Below are positions 19,884-30,275 of a stretch of 64,000 nt of DNA, piece by piece. The position numbers and the translations under genes are program-made. Numbering within the stretch: position 1 is the first letter of the stretch; every line of letters starts with the position of its first letter. Source of the stretch: a virus; IMG/VR virus record IMGVR_UViG_3300029989_000005; one strand, written 5' to 3'. Under the pieces are notes generated by a model. It did no database searches and had not been told where the DNA came from. It was given only the letters and a program-made list of their open reading frames with translations.

Positions 19884-19934
19884 ATATCAATTTTCATTTT
19901 TATATTTATATTAGTCCTTAGTTGTCTAACACAG

Positions 19935-19964
19935 ATTAGGCTGTAGAAGTTTCTACAGCCTAAT
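19935..19964. terminator. 14-bp hairpin
   Basis: attaggctgtagaa / ttctacagcctaat downstream of 19983..20378. Confidence 0.55.
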
Positions 19965-19982
19965 AAGTTTATGTAATATTTT

Positions 19983-20378
19983 TTACTTTACTTTATATAA
20001 TAAAAAATCAACAACGACATTGGTGACATTATTGTTGGTTATTTTTATATCACCACTTGTAAATACCAAGTGCTGTGCATTAAACACTTCTTGTGTGGGT
20101 TCAATTTTTTCCAATAATATTATTTTAGAATCTTTTATGAACATACAAACATTATCACATGACATTGTAATGGATGCATCAGGTTTTAATGTTATGGTTG
20201 ATTTGTCAACATTACCATCAACGTTTATTAAAAAATTACCCAAATAAATGGAGTTTCCTGATTGATTGTTGAATACCGATTCACCTAAAAATTCTACAGT
20301 GTTTATAGTCTGTAAAATTTTTTTGTCGTATTGAATCAATTCCTCAGGTGTTTCATTACCCGTTATCTCTTTTGCCAT
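19983..20378 (-). CDS. Hypothetical beta-rich protein
   Basis: 131 aa ORF directly after nrdJ. Confidence 0.6.
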   Translation of the reverse strand: MAKEITGNETPEELIQYDKKILQTINTVEFLGESVFNNQSGNSIYLGNFLINVDGNVDKSTITLKPDASITMSCDNVCMFIKDSKIILLEKIEPTQEVFNAQHLVFTSGDIKITNNNVTNVVVDFLLYKVK

Positions 20379-20390
20379 ATCTGTATAAAA

Positions 20391-22400
20391 TTAAACTGAA
20401 TGTACTTCACAACTACCACCCGCACAAGCTGCCTCACGTGTTGTTTCCTTATTTATTGAAACGTTTACCAATGATAAATCAACTTTTTCGGGCATCATGG
20501 ACATCATATATTCATAGTGTGCTTCGTCTATTTTTTCAAATGGCATTTGCCTATAAGAATTATTAGTTTTAGGTAATAACGTTAATCCTGCACATTCAAA
20601 CCTGTTTTTCCAAATCCAATCGATTACCTCCTCTACATCTTCGTTATCAACATGTATCGTTGCTGAAACATTATTATAGGATTTACCAACTCTATGACCA
20701 TTACGTATCCAATTAACATTATATCTTTTTATACGTTCAAGAAGTTCAATAGGCGATTCCATTTCCGTAATACAGCCATCGGCACTTTTTAGAGGAAGAG
20801 AAAGCACCAATTTAGAGGAGTCCATTACATCATCCTCAATAAAATCAGGCATTATTGATTTTAAATATGCTGCAATAGGTTGATCTTTTTGTATCCTTAA
20901 TCTTCTAATATATCTATCAGAAAATGCTGAATGTACACCCGCACCAAATGCCTCAGCTACCAACGTTGTAGTACCCTCAGGTTTAATACATGTAACTCTA
21001 TCGGCTTTATTTATACCAATCAAATTGGCTACTCTTTCATTTTCATTTATTGCACATTTTGCAGCCCAACTTTCATCTAAATTATCAATTTTCCTACCCG
21101 CTATACCTGTAATTGAAACACCAAGAAGTGCTTGTCTTTGTGCTTTCTCTTTCCAAGAATATCTGATATAATGAAAATCAGTAAATCCCGCTTGTAAAGT
21201 TCCAAAAAAAGCAGACATCCTAGAACGGTTGTTGAAATCCTCTTGATCATCAATATCATAGGCGTTAATAGTAGTTAAATTACAGAACGATTCTGACTCA
21301 AAGACAATCTCACCACATGGATTTGAAAGTAAATCTTCGGAATTAGTAAATAAAATTCCTGGCTCTCCCGTTCCGTTTGATATTGATTTTCTCATTATAA
21401 TCTTAAATTCATCTTCTGTAATATTATCATATGTTTCAGAAACTGAATTATTAGACATTGCTCTGTGTGGGTAAACATGATACCATTGAATCTGATTATG
21501 TCTTAACATTGCAATGTCATTAACACTATCAGATGGAAATTTTACTATATGAGTAAGATTATCTTTTGTAGTAATTTCATAAACGTTATAACCATCGTCA
21601 CCTGTAAGTATCATTTTATGTGATTTGAATTGTACAATACCCTTGGCATTAATTATATCCAAATCATCTTTATCAGCAAATATTATAATAGCTGCAGAAC
21701 GTATTCCACCCGAAACAACAGCACCCGCAATAATAGTTATAATGTCCAAGCATTCTATTGATGTTAGCTGTCTTCCTATTGCATTTTTAAGTATTTTGTC
21801 AATTTCCCTTATAGCTTGCTTTAATCTTGAACTACCAGGAGCTAAACATTGCAATTTTTTAATTTCAGTACCTTTTTTACGTATGTCTGAAAAATCAAAT
21901 GTAGGATAATTTGTGCCCCTAAAATAAGAATACACCAACATACGAATTGCATCAGCCCAACCCTCTATATTGTCAGAAATTCTGAATTTTTTTGCTTGTG
22001 CAGGTTGTATTACAGGTGGTAATTTACTTATACACCTTTTCTTTAATGAAACACCAACACCACAACCCGAAAGTGATAAAAACATTACCTCTGAAAAGAC
22101 TTTAATATCATCAAGTTCTATGCCCGAACAATTATACATTCTAGCGTGATTGTTTTCTATGGGAATACCAGCATATTGTAATGCCCGCATAGACGGAAAT
22201 ACCTTTTTATTTTTGATGTATTCTCCATTTGTAAGTATTTCATCTTCAATATGTGGGTATTTGCGTACCATCATTTTTAGGTATTCATCAACTATTTCAT
22301 CCCAATTCATTTTTCTTTTAGTTCCATCTACATTTTCGGTTGTTCTAGAATATTTTGTGAAAACAACAATATCTGATAATAATTTGTCGGGGTTAATCAT
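20391..22400 (-). CDS. nrdJ: Class II (adenosylcobalamin-dependent, monomeric RTPR-type) ribonucleotide reductase
   Basis: FPSMRALQ, YNCS, GCGVG, VSGGIRSAA, SNPCGEI-FCNLT, TCIKPEGT, C-terminal ACAGGSCEV. Confidence 0.93.
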   Translation of the reverse strand: MINPDKLLSDIVVFTKYSRTTENVDGTKRKMNWDEIVDEYLKMMVRKYPHIEDEILTNGEYIKNKKVFPSMRALQYAGIPIENNHARMYNCSGIELDDIKVFSEVMFLSLSGCGVGVSLKKRCISKLPPVIQPAQAKKFRISDNIEGWADAIRMLVYSYFRGTNYPTFDFSDIRKKGTEIKKLQCLAPGSSRLKQAIREIDKILKNAIGRQLTSIECLDIITIIAGAVVSGGIRSAAIIIFADKDDLDIINAKGIVQFKSHKMILTGDDGYNVYEITTKDNLTHIVKFPSDSVNDIAMLRHNQIQWYHVYPHRAMSNNSVSETYDNITEDEFKIIMRKSISNGTGEPGILFTNSEDLLSNPCGEIVFESESFCNLTTINAYDIDDQEDFNNRSRMSAFFGTLQAGFTDFHYIRYSWKEKAQRQALLGVSITGIAGRKIDNLDESWAAKCAINENERVANLIGINKADRVTCIKPEGTTTLVAEAFGAGVHSAFSDRYIRRLRIQKDQPIAAYLKSIMPDFIEDDVMDSSKLVLSLPLKSADGCITEMESPIELLERIKRYNVNWIRNGHRVGKSYNNVSATIHVDNEDVEEVIDWIWKNRFECAGLTLLPKTNNSYRQMPFEKIDEAHYEYMMSMMPEKVDLSLVNVSINKETTREAACAGGSCEVHSV

Positions 22401-22762
22401 TTGTTTAAAAATTTAAAATTAGCTTATTAATATTTTTTAATTTACAGAGTTCAGGTTATTTACATATTATAGAAAGTATCAGCTAATAAGTTTTTTGATA
22501 TTCCAAATGCATTGTTTCATATACCTATTAAAATTTGTTACTCATTGGTCAGTTCAATATATTATCATGTACCTAAAAGCCTTTTTCACTTTATATTTTG
22601 TAATAGTATACATTATCAAAAGTAGTTGTATTTAATATATTAGTTGTATATTTGTTATTATATGGTCAATTTAATTTGAAAATATAGGTATGATTGGAAT
22701 ATTAATAATAGTGTGGATGTTTTTACTGAAAAATATAAATAAACAGGAACACAAATAAAAAT

Positions 22763-24511
22763 ATGAGTATAATATCAATACCAAGAAGTTATATAGTAAA
22801 CAAAGATTTGGAGGATGATCTGTTTATATTCATATTAAGACTCAAAGCTGAATTCGAAAGTGGTATATTTTCAATTTACGATTTGCCGAGACTTCAATCA
22901 AAATTACAATACAATCAACCTACACTATTAAAACTAATAAACAAAGCATTTGATTATCATTTTTTATCAAAGAATCAGATGATAGATGATTATAGCATGA
23001 TAGATGATTATAGGTCTGTTATGATTGATTATGTAAAGCCTTTTTTAATTTCTTATAACTTATCAAGCGGAGATGATATATTAATTTTAAATGATTTTTT
23101 AACAAAATATAGCTCAATAGCTTTCAACATATCAAATTATAAAGAATTTTTACATAATTCTTTTTGTGTTGCTAAAGTAATATTGAAAAGACATACTAGA
23201 GCTAGCCTATATTTGAATACGTTTGATAAGTTATCACAAAAATCTTTCTCGTTAGAAACGGATTATAAATCTTTACAAACAATTTTACAATCCGTTGAGA
23301 ATTTAATGCTTTATCTTAAATCAGATATAGTATTAAAACGTAAAATGTCGTTCTTAGAGCCATACATAAAGAAACAATTTAACATATTATTATCAACATT
23401 CGATAATATGAATGTTGATAATTTCGGTGAGTACAGGAATAAAAATATCGAAAGGAAAAACATACAAAAAATAAACAGGTACAAAATTTTTAGGGTATCA
23501 AACAAAAAATTTTGTGATAAGTTATCAAAATTCAACAATCTAAAAAGCATGTTGAGCTTTGATAACAATATGACTATAAAAATAAATTCCTTTAGACCAA
23601 ATATAAGCCAATTAAAAGATAGAATACCAACACAGGAACACAATAAGCAAACTATAAATCAGTATGAATGGTTACAGTTATCAAATTATTCAATAGTAAA
23701 GGATTTATTGATAACACCCGAAATAAGCTACAAGCTTGATTTAGATTTTATAAAATCAAACCCATACCATTCAATAAAACGAAAATTAGCTGAAACTAGA
23801 ATAATGTACGCTGTACAACATGAAAATAAAAGTATATCTTATACAGAACTTTCATCGTGTTGTAAATTAAGTAGATCAAAAACTGTTGATTTAATAAATG
23901 AAATGGTTAAGTCAAAATTGATATTTAAAAATCACTTTGACAGTATATTGGTTGAAGAAAATGTTAAATCATTTATTAAACCTAGAGGAAATTATTATAT
24001 ACACAACAATAATCTTTATCTTAAGCCGAAAAATGAATATGATATATTAAATCATGTTAGTACAACTTGGCAAATAGGTAAAAAAATAAAAAAGAAATAC
24101 GGAAACAATAAATTGTTAAACATTTCTCTATTAGGTAATCCTTTCAAAGAGTTAAAGGAAAAATTACAAAAATTACAAAAATTAGGGAACAGGATAGAAC
24201 ATTTTAAAGTTAGATTTAACAATAGAACATGTTATATTTATGTAAATTTCAAAGATGTTCATTTTGAGGTGTATAAATCCACAAAGAATACATATTACAG
24301 AAATTTCATAAATGGAACACATGTAGAAGATTACATGTTATACAAATTTCTTGGCAAAAGTTCAGTTACGATAATGTACAGTACGAAAGATTGCGAGTCA
24401 GTAAGGTCTGAAAATAGTCAAGAAATTTTTATATCAAAGTTTTTTAATAAAAAGAGCGGAACTAATTTCTTACAAAATAATGTAGGATTTGATTTGCTTT
24501 TCAATAAATAG
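22763..24511 (+). CDS. Basic DNA-binding protein with winged HTH; candidate replication initiator
   Basis: ISYTELSSCCKLSRSKTVDLINEMVKSKLIFK wHTH; flanked by the two largest non-coding regions, at the strand-switch point. Confidence 0.45.
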   Translation: MSIISIPRSYIVNKDLEDDLFIFILRLKAEFESGIFSIYDLPRLQSKLQYNQPTLLKLINKAFDYHFLSKNQMIDDYSMIDDYRSVMIDYVKPFLISYNLSSGDDILILNDFLTKYSSIAFNISNYKEFLHNSFCVAKVILKRHTRASLYLNTFDKLSQKSFSLETDYKSLQTILQSVENLMLYLKSDIVLKRKMSFLEPYIKKQFNILLSTFDNMNVDNFGEYRNKNIERKNIQKINRYKIFRVSNKKFCDKLSKFNNLKSMLSFDNNMTIKINSFRPNISQLKDRIPTQEHNKQTINQYEWLQLSNYSIVKDLLITPEISYKLDLDFIKSNPYHSIKRKLAETRIMYAVQHENKSISYTELSSCCKLSRSKTVDLINEMVKSKLIFKNHFDSILVEENVKSFIKPRGNYYIHNNNLYLKPKNEYDILNHVSTTWQIGKKIKKKYGNNKLLNISLLGNPFKELKEKLQKLQKLGNRIEHFKVRFNNRTCYIYVNFKDVHFEVYKSTKNTYYRNFINGTHVEDYMLYKFLGKSSVTIMYSTKDCESVRSENSQEIFISKFFNKKSGTNFLQNNVGFDLLFNK

Positions 24512-24543
24512 GCAATAATTGTTTATTTAAATTTTTATTCCAT

Positions 24544-24559
24544 TGTTTCACGTGAAACA
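24544..24559. promoter_or_regulatory. parS centromere-like site
   Basis: Exact TGTTTCACGTGAAACA consensus inside a 28-bp perfect palindrome (24538-24565). Confidence 0.8.
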
Positions 24560-24706
24560 ATGGAAAATTCATATATTTTTTGTAATATGAGTGAACACAA
24601 ATTCTATATCTGTATTCACATGTGATAACTGTTGACATAGATGACAGCACATTGACAGCAATCATTATAAGTTATATAACATCTAAATCAAATCACCAAT
24701 TGTATA

Positions 24707-24810
24707 TGATTGGGGTAAAAATTAATAATACCTTCTTATGAACTATGCCTGCTTTGCAGTCACCACTTTGTTTAGTTCTTTTCGAAGATATCACTTCATT
24801 ACCCCAATCA
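24707..24810. other. Nested inverted-repeat element (structured RNA or origin cruciform)
   Basis: tgattggggtaa/ttaccccaatca enclosing cttc/gaag, gaacta/tagttc and ctgc/gcag. Confidence 0.4.
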
Positions 24811-24966
24811 ACTGATTCATTTCATGAAGCAATAAGTGATTATGAAGTTGTTTTGCAAACGAAAACGATAAGATATGCTATGGATTGTATTGAAATAAGT
24901 AAAAATATTTAGAATATTGACATAAGCATCATGCACCGATGTAAATAATAAAATGAAGCATATTTT

Positions 24967-26592
24967 ATGAAGATCAACGAAATATTATACTCCGACTCAG
25001 AACTTATTATAAAGTTTGGTGAGATAAAATACAAAATATTAGATTTTACACATTCTATAATAAGTTACTATATTTCAATACCCGATATAAATATTTCCTA
25101 TTCTATTTCTAAAGATGACAGGACTTATACTGATTGGATAATGGTTGAAGACACAGATTGGTATAAATCATTCGAAAAGTTCCCATTTTTCCTTAAATTA
25201 AAATTATTATATTCATCCTCAGTAGAAAGCCAAATTACCATTGAGGAAATGACATTTATAACTGATAAACCAAAACCATATATAATAGCTCAGGGAGAAT
25301 CCATTCTTTTATCGGGTGTTTCGGAAGATAATATGCTTGATTATGCTGAAATGGGTGAGGGATTAGTTAAATTGGAAACAGACCTTAATTACTTCCTTAA
25401 CAAACATAATGGTATACAAGCTATGTATTTCCATACTAATCCTGATATGTCTACAAAGGATGATTTCTTAAAAGAATATTCATTATACAATCTTGTTTCT
25501 AGTAAGTTAATAAAGGTTGTTGCAACAGATAATAAAACCCCTATACCAAAACATGAATTTTCTCAATGGGGAATCGAATTCGAAAAACTTGAAATATACA
25601 TTGAGAAAACATATTTTGAGGAAATGTTTGGTGTTAATGAAAATCCACGTAGTTACGATTACATTTACTTCAAGCAATTAAACAGGATGTATTATATAGA
25701 GGATAACTATCTTGAACATGGTATAAATGAGGTTGGTAATTTTAATGTTTGTGTTCTAAAGAAGTACCAAGATATTTCCGCTATTGAAAAAGATGAAGAT
25801 TCATTGGATTTCCTTAAGGAACATATAGAGGTACAAGGCTACACAGAACAGCAGAAAATGGAAATGATTGACGGTACAAATTATCAGCAGAATATAGAGA
25901 AAGATGTTGTATATGATAATGTTAGAGAATTGGTATCCAAAAAAGTAGTAATATCAGATGATGATTTCAAATATAATTCATCGCTAATAAGCAGCCATTT
26001 TTACGACATGACGGCTGTAACATCACAGGTTATATACAAACCAAAAGTATTTTTGGACTCAAATGGTGGTATATCTATCATGTTTTGGATTAAACCTGTA
26101 ATATTAAATGTTGGGAAACGTAACGAAAGTAAACTATCTTGTAAATTATTATCAATAGGAAATAATTTTGAGCTATATATTAATGATAATACAAAAGATT
26201 TTAACTTAGAAATACCTCAGGATTATAATGGCTCTGTTTGCTGCGTGATATCCATTAACAATCAATTCAAAACCATATCAAAATTCATATATGGTATTAC
26301 AGCCAACGGATTACAAAGGATTGATTATACCAACAATACCATACAAAACGAAATCTTATTCACAAATAGCATAGTTCAATTATATGAAGGTAACTATTAT
26401 ATAAGGTGTATAAGATTAAGTAATTATGTAATACAAGAGCAATTTCATCAATATATAATGCTAACAAAAAATGTCAAGAAAGCATCAGCATTTACCATTA
26501 TTGATGATTGTGAACCAATTACAAACTTAAGGAAAATTAAAAAATCTTCATTCCCTGAACTTAATAAAGAAACCTTTGGTGATGTAATATAA
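24967..26592 (+). CDS. Neck protein (T4 gp14-like) with a C-terminal beta-sandwich/LamG-like extension
   Basis: DDFLKEYSL, FSQWGIEF-KLEIYI, PRSYDYIYF---NRMYYI; C-terminal ISIMFWIKP. Confidence 0.65.
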   Translation: MKINEILYSDSELIIKFGEIKYKILDFTHSIISYYISIPDINISYSISKDDRTYTDWIMVEDTDWYKSFEKFPFFLKLKLLYSSSVESQITIEEMTFITDKPKPYIIAQGESILLSGVSEDNMLDYAEMGEGLVKLETDLNYFLNKHNGIQAMYFHTNPDMSTKDDFLKEYSLYNLVSSKLIKVVATDNKTPIPKHEFSQWGIEFEKLEIYIEKTYFEEMFGVNENPRSYDYIYFKQLNRMYYIEDNYLEHGINEVGNFNVCVLKKYQDISAIEKDEDSLDFLKEHIEVQGYTEQQKMEMIDGTNYQQNIEKDVVYDNVRELVSKKVVISDDDFKYNSSLISSHFYDMTAVTSQVIYKPKVFLDSNGGISIMFWIKPVILNVGKRNESKLSCKLLSIGNNFELYINDNTKDFNLEIPQDYNGSVCCVISINNQFKTISKFIYGITANGLQRIDYTNNTIQNEILFTNSIVQLYEGNYYIRCIRLSNYVIQEQFHQYIMLTKNVKKASAFTIIDDCEPITNLRKIKKSSFPELNKETFGDVI

Positions 26593-26671
26593 TAAAACGA
26601 TATATTCCTTAATTTACGGGATATATTTCCCTTATATTCTAATGTATGTAAACATATTAAAACAATATAAA

Positions 26672-27034
26672 ATGAAAAAATTATCAAGAAACGTAATTAT
26701 ATTAATTATATTAAGTACCGTGTTAAGTACCGTACTTATTATCATGTCAACAATGTATTTTAGAACCTCTTCTACTCTTAAAGATAGTAATGCTTTTATT
26801 AAGGATAAGGAATCTGAAATATCCGTTAGAAATGTTATTATCAAGAAATTTGAATCTGTTAATGACAGCATTATCAATTCAAATAAAATATTGACTCTTC
26901 GAATTGATAGCCTAAAATTGGTAAAGCACAATATATACATTACTCCAACCAAACAAATATCTGATACACCTGAACAGGCATACAAAGAAATGATTAAAGA
27001 ACTTAATAAATACAGAGATGAAAAAAGTAAGTAA
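26672..27034 (+). CDS. N-terminal TM plus coiled-coil protein (i-spanin-like)
   Basis: Basic N-terminus, one TM helix, coiled coil; overlaps the next gene. Confidence 0.4.
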   Translation: MKKLSRNVIILIILSTVLSTVLIIMSTMYFRTSSTLKDSNAFIKDKESEISVRNVIIKKFESVNDSIINSNKILTLRIDSLKLVKHNIYITPTKQISDTPEQAYKEMIKELNKYRDEKSK

Positions 27035-27431
27035 ATTTATAATGCTTTCAGTGATAATAATATTATCTCAGTCAGCATTATCTCAGTCAAGGAATTGTGA
27101 CAGCATAAAAAATGTTAAGTTAACAATTTGTGATATGGATGACATTACAACAGTTTTCCGTGACAGAAGTAAGTTTATAAAATTGAACTCAGTGAATGAT
27201 TCAATATTTGTTAATGATTCAACTTTGATTTCCAATTATAAGAGAGAAATCAAAAACGATTCAGAAATAATATTGAACTTAAAGAAAAATAGTGTAGATG
27301 ATAATCTTATAATAGACAATCAGAAAACTGTGATTAAATCTGAGCAAAAGAAAACTTTGTTTTGGAAATCAACAACCTATATAAGCGGTGTTGCCGCTAC
27401 TGTTTTTTTAATTCTTACTTTATTAAAATAA
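27018..27431 (+). CDS. Signal peptide, coiled coil and C-terminal TM protein (spanin-like partner)
   Basis: MKKVSKFIMLSVIIILSQSALSQ leader; C-terminal ISGVAATVFLILTLLK. Confidence 0.4.
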   Translation: MKKVSKFIMLSVIIILSQSALSQSRNCDSIKNVKLTICDMDDITTVFRDRSKFIKLNSVNDSIFVNDSTLISNYKREIKNDSEIILNLKKNSVDDNLIIDNQKTVIKSEQKKTLFWKSTTYISGVAATVFLILTLLK

Positions 27432-27432
27432 A

Positions 27433-28800
27433 ATGTCAAAATTCAAATCAATATCCCCAATAGATAGTAGATACCGTAAGGATGGTGTTATGCGTGAACT
27501 ATGTTCATACGAGAATCAGATAAACACAAAAATTTATTCTGAATTTCAATGGTTTCTCTTTCTTTGTGAAATTAATGGTATACCACCAAGTAATTCACAA
27601 CTTAATGAGCTATATTCACACCTTTTTAACAACTTAGAAAAATTTAATGCTTTTGAAAAAATAACAAAGCATGATATAAAAGCTGTTGAATATTATGTAA
27701 AATCTGTTGCTCAAAGTTCTGATTTTTACACATCAAAATCAGAACTTGAGGGTATAAAAATTATATCATACATACATTTTGGTCTTACAAGTCAAGATAT
27801 AGTAAGCCTATCATCAAATTCACTTTTTTCAAATATTTCTAATGAATTGATATTTAACATTACAATGTTATTGGACTCGTTACATAAAGTATTTTGTGAA
27901 AATTCTGTATTAATGATTGGATTCACTCACGGACAACCCGCTGTACCAATAAATTCAAAATTAATATACAAAAACTATAATAGTAGAATCTCATCTTTAC
28001 TCACCAATCTGACTAATATACAACCAAGTGTTAAGTTTGGTGGTGCTGTTGGTAATAATTCATCTATGAAACTAATAGGTATTACCAACATAGATGAATT
28101 AATGGATAAATTTATTAATGGGTTTACATCATTGAACTTGAGTGTAAATATGTCATTAAAACGTTCTGAGAATACTACTCAAGTTGATAATTGGGTATAT
28201 TTGGTTGATTTACTTAAAGAATATTTACAACTTGCATCAATATGTATTGATTTATGCCGAGATTTATGGCATTATTGTTCAATAGGATATTTGTATCAAA
28301 GTAAAGATGATGGTCAAATTGGTTCATCAACGATGGTTCAAAAAACTAATCCAATAGATTTCGAAAATTGTGAGGGTATAATGGAAAAGATGGAATCTGA
28401 TTTTTCATTTTATATCAAGAAATTTTCGAAATCAAGATTACAACGTGACCTGACTGATTCTGTTGCTATTAGAATGGTATTTGAAAGTTTCGCAATGTTT
28501 GATGTTGCCATAAATTCTTTACGTAGAGGCTTGTCTAAAACATCATTAAATGAAGAATTTATAACCAAAGAATTAGATAATCATTATGAAATGTCAGCTG
28601 AATATCTGCAGCTATTCATGAAAAATGCGGGATTACCCGACGCTTATGAAACAATATTCAATCGTCTGAAAGATACAAAGTTGACAGATAAACTTAGCTA
28701 CAGAAATTTTATTATTAAGCTTTATTCTGATTGTGTAATTAATAAGATAATGTATGATAAACTTATAAACTTTGACCTTAATGATTATAAAACATTTTAA
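27433..28800 (+). CDS. purB: Adenylosuccinate lyase
   Basis: ISPIDSRY, TKHDIKAVEY, HFGLTSQD, THGQPA, KFGGAVGN, GSSTMVQKTNPIDFEN, SRLQRDLTDS. Confidence 0.95.
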   Translation: MSKFKSISPIDSRYRKDGVMRELCSYENQINTKIYSEFQWFLFLCEINGIPPSNSQLNELYSHLFNNLEKFNAFEKITKHDIKAVEYYVKSVAQSSDFYTSKSELEGIKIISYIHFGLTSQDIVSLSSNSLFSNISNELIFNITMLLDSLHKVFCENSVLMIGFTHGQPAVPINSKLIYKNYNSRISSLLTNLTNIQPSVKFGGAVGNNSSMKLIGITNIDELMDKFINGFTSLNLSVNMSLKRSENTTQVDNWVYLVDLLKEYLQLASICIDLCRDLWHYCSIGYLYQSKDDGQIGSSTMVQKTNPIDFENCEGIMEKMESDFSFYIKKFSKSRLQRDLTDSVAIRMVFESFAMFDVAINSLRRGLSKTSLNEEFITKELDNHYEMSAEYLQLFMKNAGLPDAYETIFNRLKDTKLTDKLSYRNFIIKLYSDCVINKIMYDKLINFDLNDYKTF

Positions 28801-28812
28801 TATCAACTGATT

Positions 28813-29034
28813 ATGATTATTATTATATTATTGTTAGGAATTTTTATATTTATACCATTTATATCCACGTTTGTTTTGGGTTCTATAATTCTTTATAATG
28901 ATTTATTTCATAATATACCATATAAAGAATTATACAAAATAAATAAAGCTTTCAAGACCTCATATATATTTTTCTTATCATCATTAATTGTATTTATTAT
29001 TATCATTTTATTTTTAAATAAAATAAAATTGTAA
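28813..29034 (+). CDS. Small two-TM membrane protein
   Basis: Two hydrophobic segments; fills the gap and abuts the next start. Confidence 0.5.
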   Translation: MIIIILLLGIFIFIPFISTFVLGSIILYNDLFHNIPYKELYKINKAFKTSYIFFLSSLIVFIIIILFLNKIKL

Positions 29035-29735
29035 TGGTTACGCAGAAAGCTATTTCACCAATAACATATTTCTCAATAGAAACTAGACAGGAGATTGAAA
29101 TTAATGCTGATAAAATTATAGACTTTACAGATCAAATTTTTTCAAGCAAAAAGGCGGTTAATTTCAATCATAATGGAACTTTTATTATATCACCCGAATT
29201 TGAAGGTAAGCCAAATTTGGTATCATATGCATTATATACAGATCAAAATGTTGCCGATATAATGATGTTTTATAGTGAAATAAGCAATCCATTTTCTATT
29301 TCATCTGATATGATTGTTATGATGCCTGATATTTCTGATGCTGTTGGTGCTGTGAATTCTCAATCATCTGAGGTAACAAAGAAGAAAAAGAATAAATCGC
29401 AAATAGAATTTGCGAAGAACATTAATGTTCAAGACAAAAAGCGTGTTATGGAACTGATAAGACAAAGTAACCCATCTAGCGTTACTTTATCAGACATATC
29501 CAATATAAATGATGCGGGAATTAATACAAAAACAGGTAAGGTATCAACATTAGATGATTATATAAAATCACCCAACATGACAACATCTGATCAACTTAAG
29601 ATAATTGATGGGAAAGTTATATTGGGTGCTAATGTAAGTAGTAAAAAATGCTCTGATTCAGCAACAAAATCTCAGGGCTTATCAACATCAATAAGGCAAT
29701 CAATACTTGCTAAAATAAAAACAGGTGAAATTTAA
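29034..29735 (+). CDS. Baseplate wedge protein (T4 gp53-like/LysM-like)
   Basis: GKPNLVSYALY...DIMMFYSEISNPFSI...IVMMP. Confidence 0.65.
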   Translation: MVTQKAISPITYFSIETRQEIEINADKIIDFTDQIFSSKKAVNFNHNGTFIISPEFEGKPNLVSYALYTDQNVADIMMFYSEISNPFSISSDMIVMMPDISDAVGAVNSQSSEVTKKKKNKSQIEFAKNINVQDKKRVMELIRQSNPSSVTLSDISNINDAGINTKTGKVSTLDDYIKSPNMTTSDQLKIIDGKVILGANVSSKKCSDSATKSQGLSTSIRQSILAKIKTGEI

Positions 29736-29738
29736 ATT

Positions 29739-30176
29739 TTATTTTGATGTTCTTCCGTAATAAAACTCCAAAGTACTCTTGATGGATTTTCTAACATCCT
29801 CCATATCCAAATTGTTTATTATTATATCAATAATTTCCTCTTGCTTTAAATCCTGTTCGAACAAATCTAATAAAAATTTAAATGTTTTTTTATCGTAAAC
29901 CTGTAGATTTATTGTAGACTTTAAAGGAATCTTTGACTTCCTAGATAAAATTTCTATAATTGTGCTTTCAACCTTTGGTGTATTTTTTGTAAATTCCGAT
30001 TTAATCATATTTATTCCCTCTTGCCTCACAGGTCTGTCTTTCGGCTTCAACATTATATTATCTACCTTTGTTGAGTTATCTGTAACTGATATCTCACTAG
30101 TGGCTTTTAATATACCTTCCAATTCGGGGTCAAAAAAATTACTATCTTCTGTTTTAGTGCTTTCAGGGGTGTCCAT
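29739..30176 (-). CDS. Hypothetical protein
   Basis: 145 aa ORF. Confidence 0.6.
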   Translation of the reverse strand: MDTPESTKTEDSNFFDPELEGILKATSEISVTDNSTKVDNIMLKPKDRPVRQEGINMIKSEFTKNTPKVESTIIEILSRKSKIPLKSTINLQVYDKKTFKFLLDLFEQDLKQEEIIDIIINNLDMEDVRKSIKSTLEFYYGRTSK

Positions 30177-30275
30177 AATTTTTATACGTTTATATGTTTA
30201 TATGCTTAATTAAGTTATGTTTTCATGATTTGATACTATTGTAATAACGTGAATATAAATGTATAAAACAATAAT

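Noticed and set aside
21490-21640. Intein in NrdJ
   Set aside because: The roughly 50-aa insert has an HN but lacks blocks A, B and F and a C/S/T at +1
446-22416. Many short plus-strand ORFs antisense to long minus-strand genes
   Set aside because: Ser/Ile/Phe-rich antisense shadows of real genes with no motifs
22979-23013. 18-bp duplication (MIDDYS MIDDYR) as iterons
   Set aside because: Only two in-frame copies; too few to call an iteron array
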